Part shown: positions 62,318 to 64,000 of the stretch, piece by piece | Numbering within the stretch: position 1 is the first letter of the stretch | How the letters are laid out: each line of letters opens with the position of its first letter | NCBI RefSeq assembly: GCF_009914755.1 | Contig: NC_060931.1 | From: the human T2T-CHM13v2.0 reference genome, Homo sapiens | Length of the DNA: 64,000 bases | Reading direction: 5' to 3' (one strand) | The notes under the pieces: model-generated | The model's database searches: none | What the model saw: the letters and a program-made list of their open reading frames with translations, nothing else | Told to the model about the DNA's origin: nothing | Program-made: the position numbers and the translations under genes

Positions 62318-63624
62318 AGGATTTTAAGAGTACTATAAACAACCGTATGCCAACAAATTGGATTATCTAGATATAATGGATAAATCCCGAGAAACAAACA
62401 ACCTAGCTAGATTAAATTATGAAGAAACAGAAGATCTGAATATATTTGAAATAAGGATTTTAAGTAGTAATCAAAACCCTCCCAACAAAGTAAACCCCAG
62501 GACAAGATGGCTTCATGGGTAATTCTACCAAACATTTAAAGAAGAACAAACACCAGTCTTTCTCAAAGTCTTCCAAAAACTTGAAGAAGGAGGAACACTT
62601 GAAACTCATTCTATGTGACCAGCATTATCCTGATACCAAAGCCAGAGAAAGATACTAGAAAACTATAGAGCCATATCTCTTACGAATACTGATACAAGAA
62701 TACTCAACAAAATGCAGGTAAAACAAATTCGGCAGTGTAGCAAAAGGATTATACAAGATCACCAAGTGGCATTTATTCTAGGAATGCAAAATGGTTCAAA
62801 CACATAAAAATCAATTAATGTAGTACACCCTATGAACAGAATAAAGGGGAAAAACAAAGATCATCTCAACTGATGCAGAAAAACATCTGACAAAATTCAA
62901 CACCCTTTCCTCATCAGAAAAAAAAAAAATAGAAGGAAACTTAAACTCACCAACATAAGGCTATATACGAAAAACCCGCAACTAACAAGATACTCAATGA
63001 TGAATGGAAGATTGAAAGCTTTTCCCCTAAGATCAGGAGCTAGACAAATATGCCTGCTTTTACCACTTCTATTCAACGCAGTATTGGGAGCTCTAGCCAG
63101 ACCAATCAGGCAAGAAAAATAAATAACGCATCCAAATTGGAAAGGAAGAAGCAAAATTTATCTCTGCTATAAGAGACGTGATTATATATGTAGAGAACAC
63201 TAGAGATTACACAAAAAGTAGTTAGAGCTAACAATTAGACATTGCAGGACACAAAATCAACACAAAAATCAACTATGCTTCTACACACTAACAATGAACA
63301 ATTATGAAAATTAAGAAAACGATTCCATTTACAATGGCATCAGAATAATAAAGTACTTAGAAATAAGTTTAACCAAAAAGGCGAAAAAAGCCTTGTACAC
63401 TGAAAACTACATCCCCGAAAAAATCAAGGAAGACAAGGAAATGGAGAACCATCCCATGTTCATGGATTGGAAGGCTTAATATAAGGTGACAATACTAACT
63501 GAAGCTATGTACAGACTCAATGTATTCCTTCTCAAACTCTCAGTGACTTCTTTCGTAAAAACAAAAGTCCATCCTAAAATTAATGTGGAATCTCAAAGGA
63601 CCCTAAATAGCCAAAACAATCTTA

Positions 63625-63984
<360 letters not shown>

Positions 63985-64000
63985 TTACTACAAAGCTATA

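Overview
Human (primate) genomic DNA matching the 7p15.3 DNAH11/CDCA7L locus. The + strand carries the last eight coding exons of the axonemal dynein heavy chain DNAH11 (451 codons, ending ...GVALLLEA*; stop 27559-27561; poly(A) signal 28112). The - strand carries coding exons 2-10 of CDCA7L (JPO2/RAM2/R1); exon 1 lies beyond the right edge. Every exon was placed by reading GT/AG sites and checking that frames join. The genes are convergent, and the CDCA7L 3' UTR appears to run antisense across the whole DNAH11 terminal exon. The rest is intronic and repeat-rich: about 25 Alus, old L1M fragments, a ~6 kb dead L1PA7/8-like element nested in ORF1 of an older L1, and MER1B, MER5A, MER58, MER91, Charlie1 and MADE2 fossils. 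I found no new protein-coding system. The best leads are: (1) CDCA7L exons 2 and 3 each carry one FxGF LEDGF-binding motif, and exon 3 is tightly bracketed by inverted Alus; (2) the antisense overlap may be tunable by alternative poly(A) signals; (3) an IRF plus twin E-box cluster in a DNAH11 intron, probably the myeloma-associated CDCA7L enhancer; (4) a 41-nt locally templated inverted insertion inside L1 ORF2. Exon numbers, rsIDs and repeat subfamilies are from memory and need database confirmation; most repeat boundaries are approximate.
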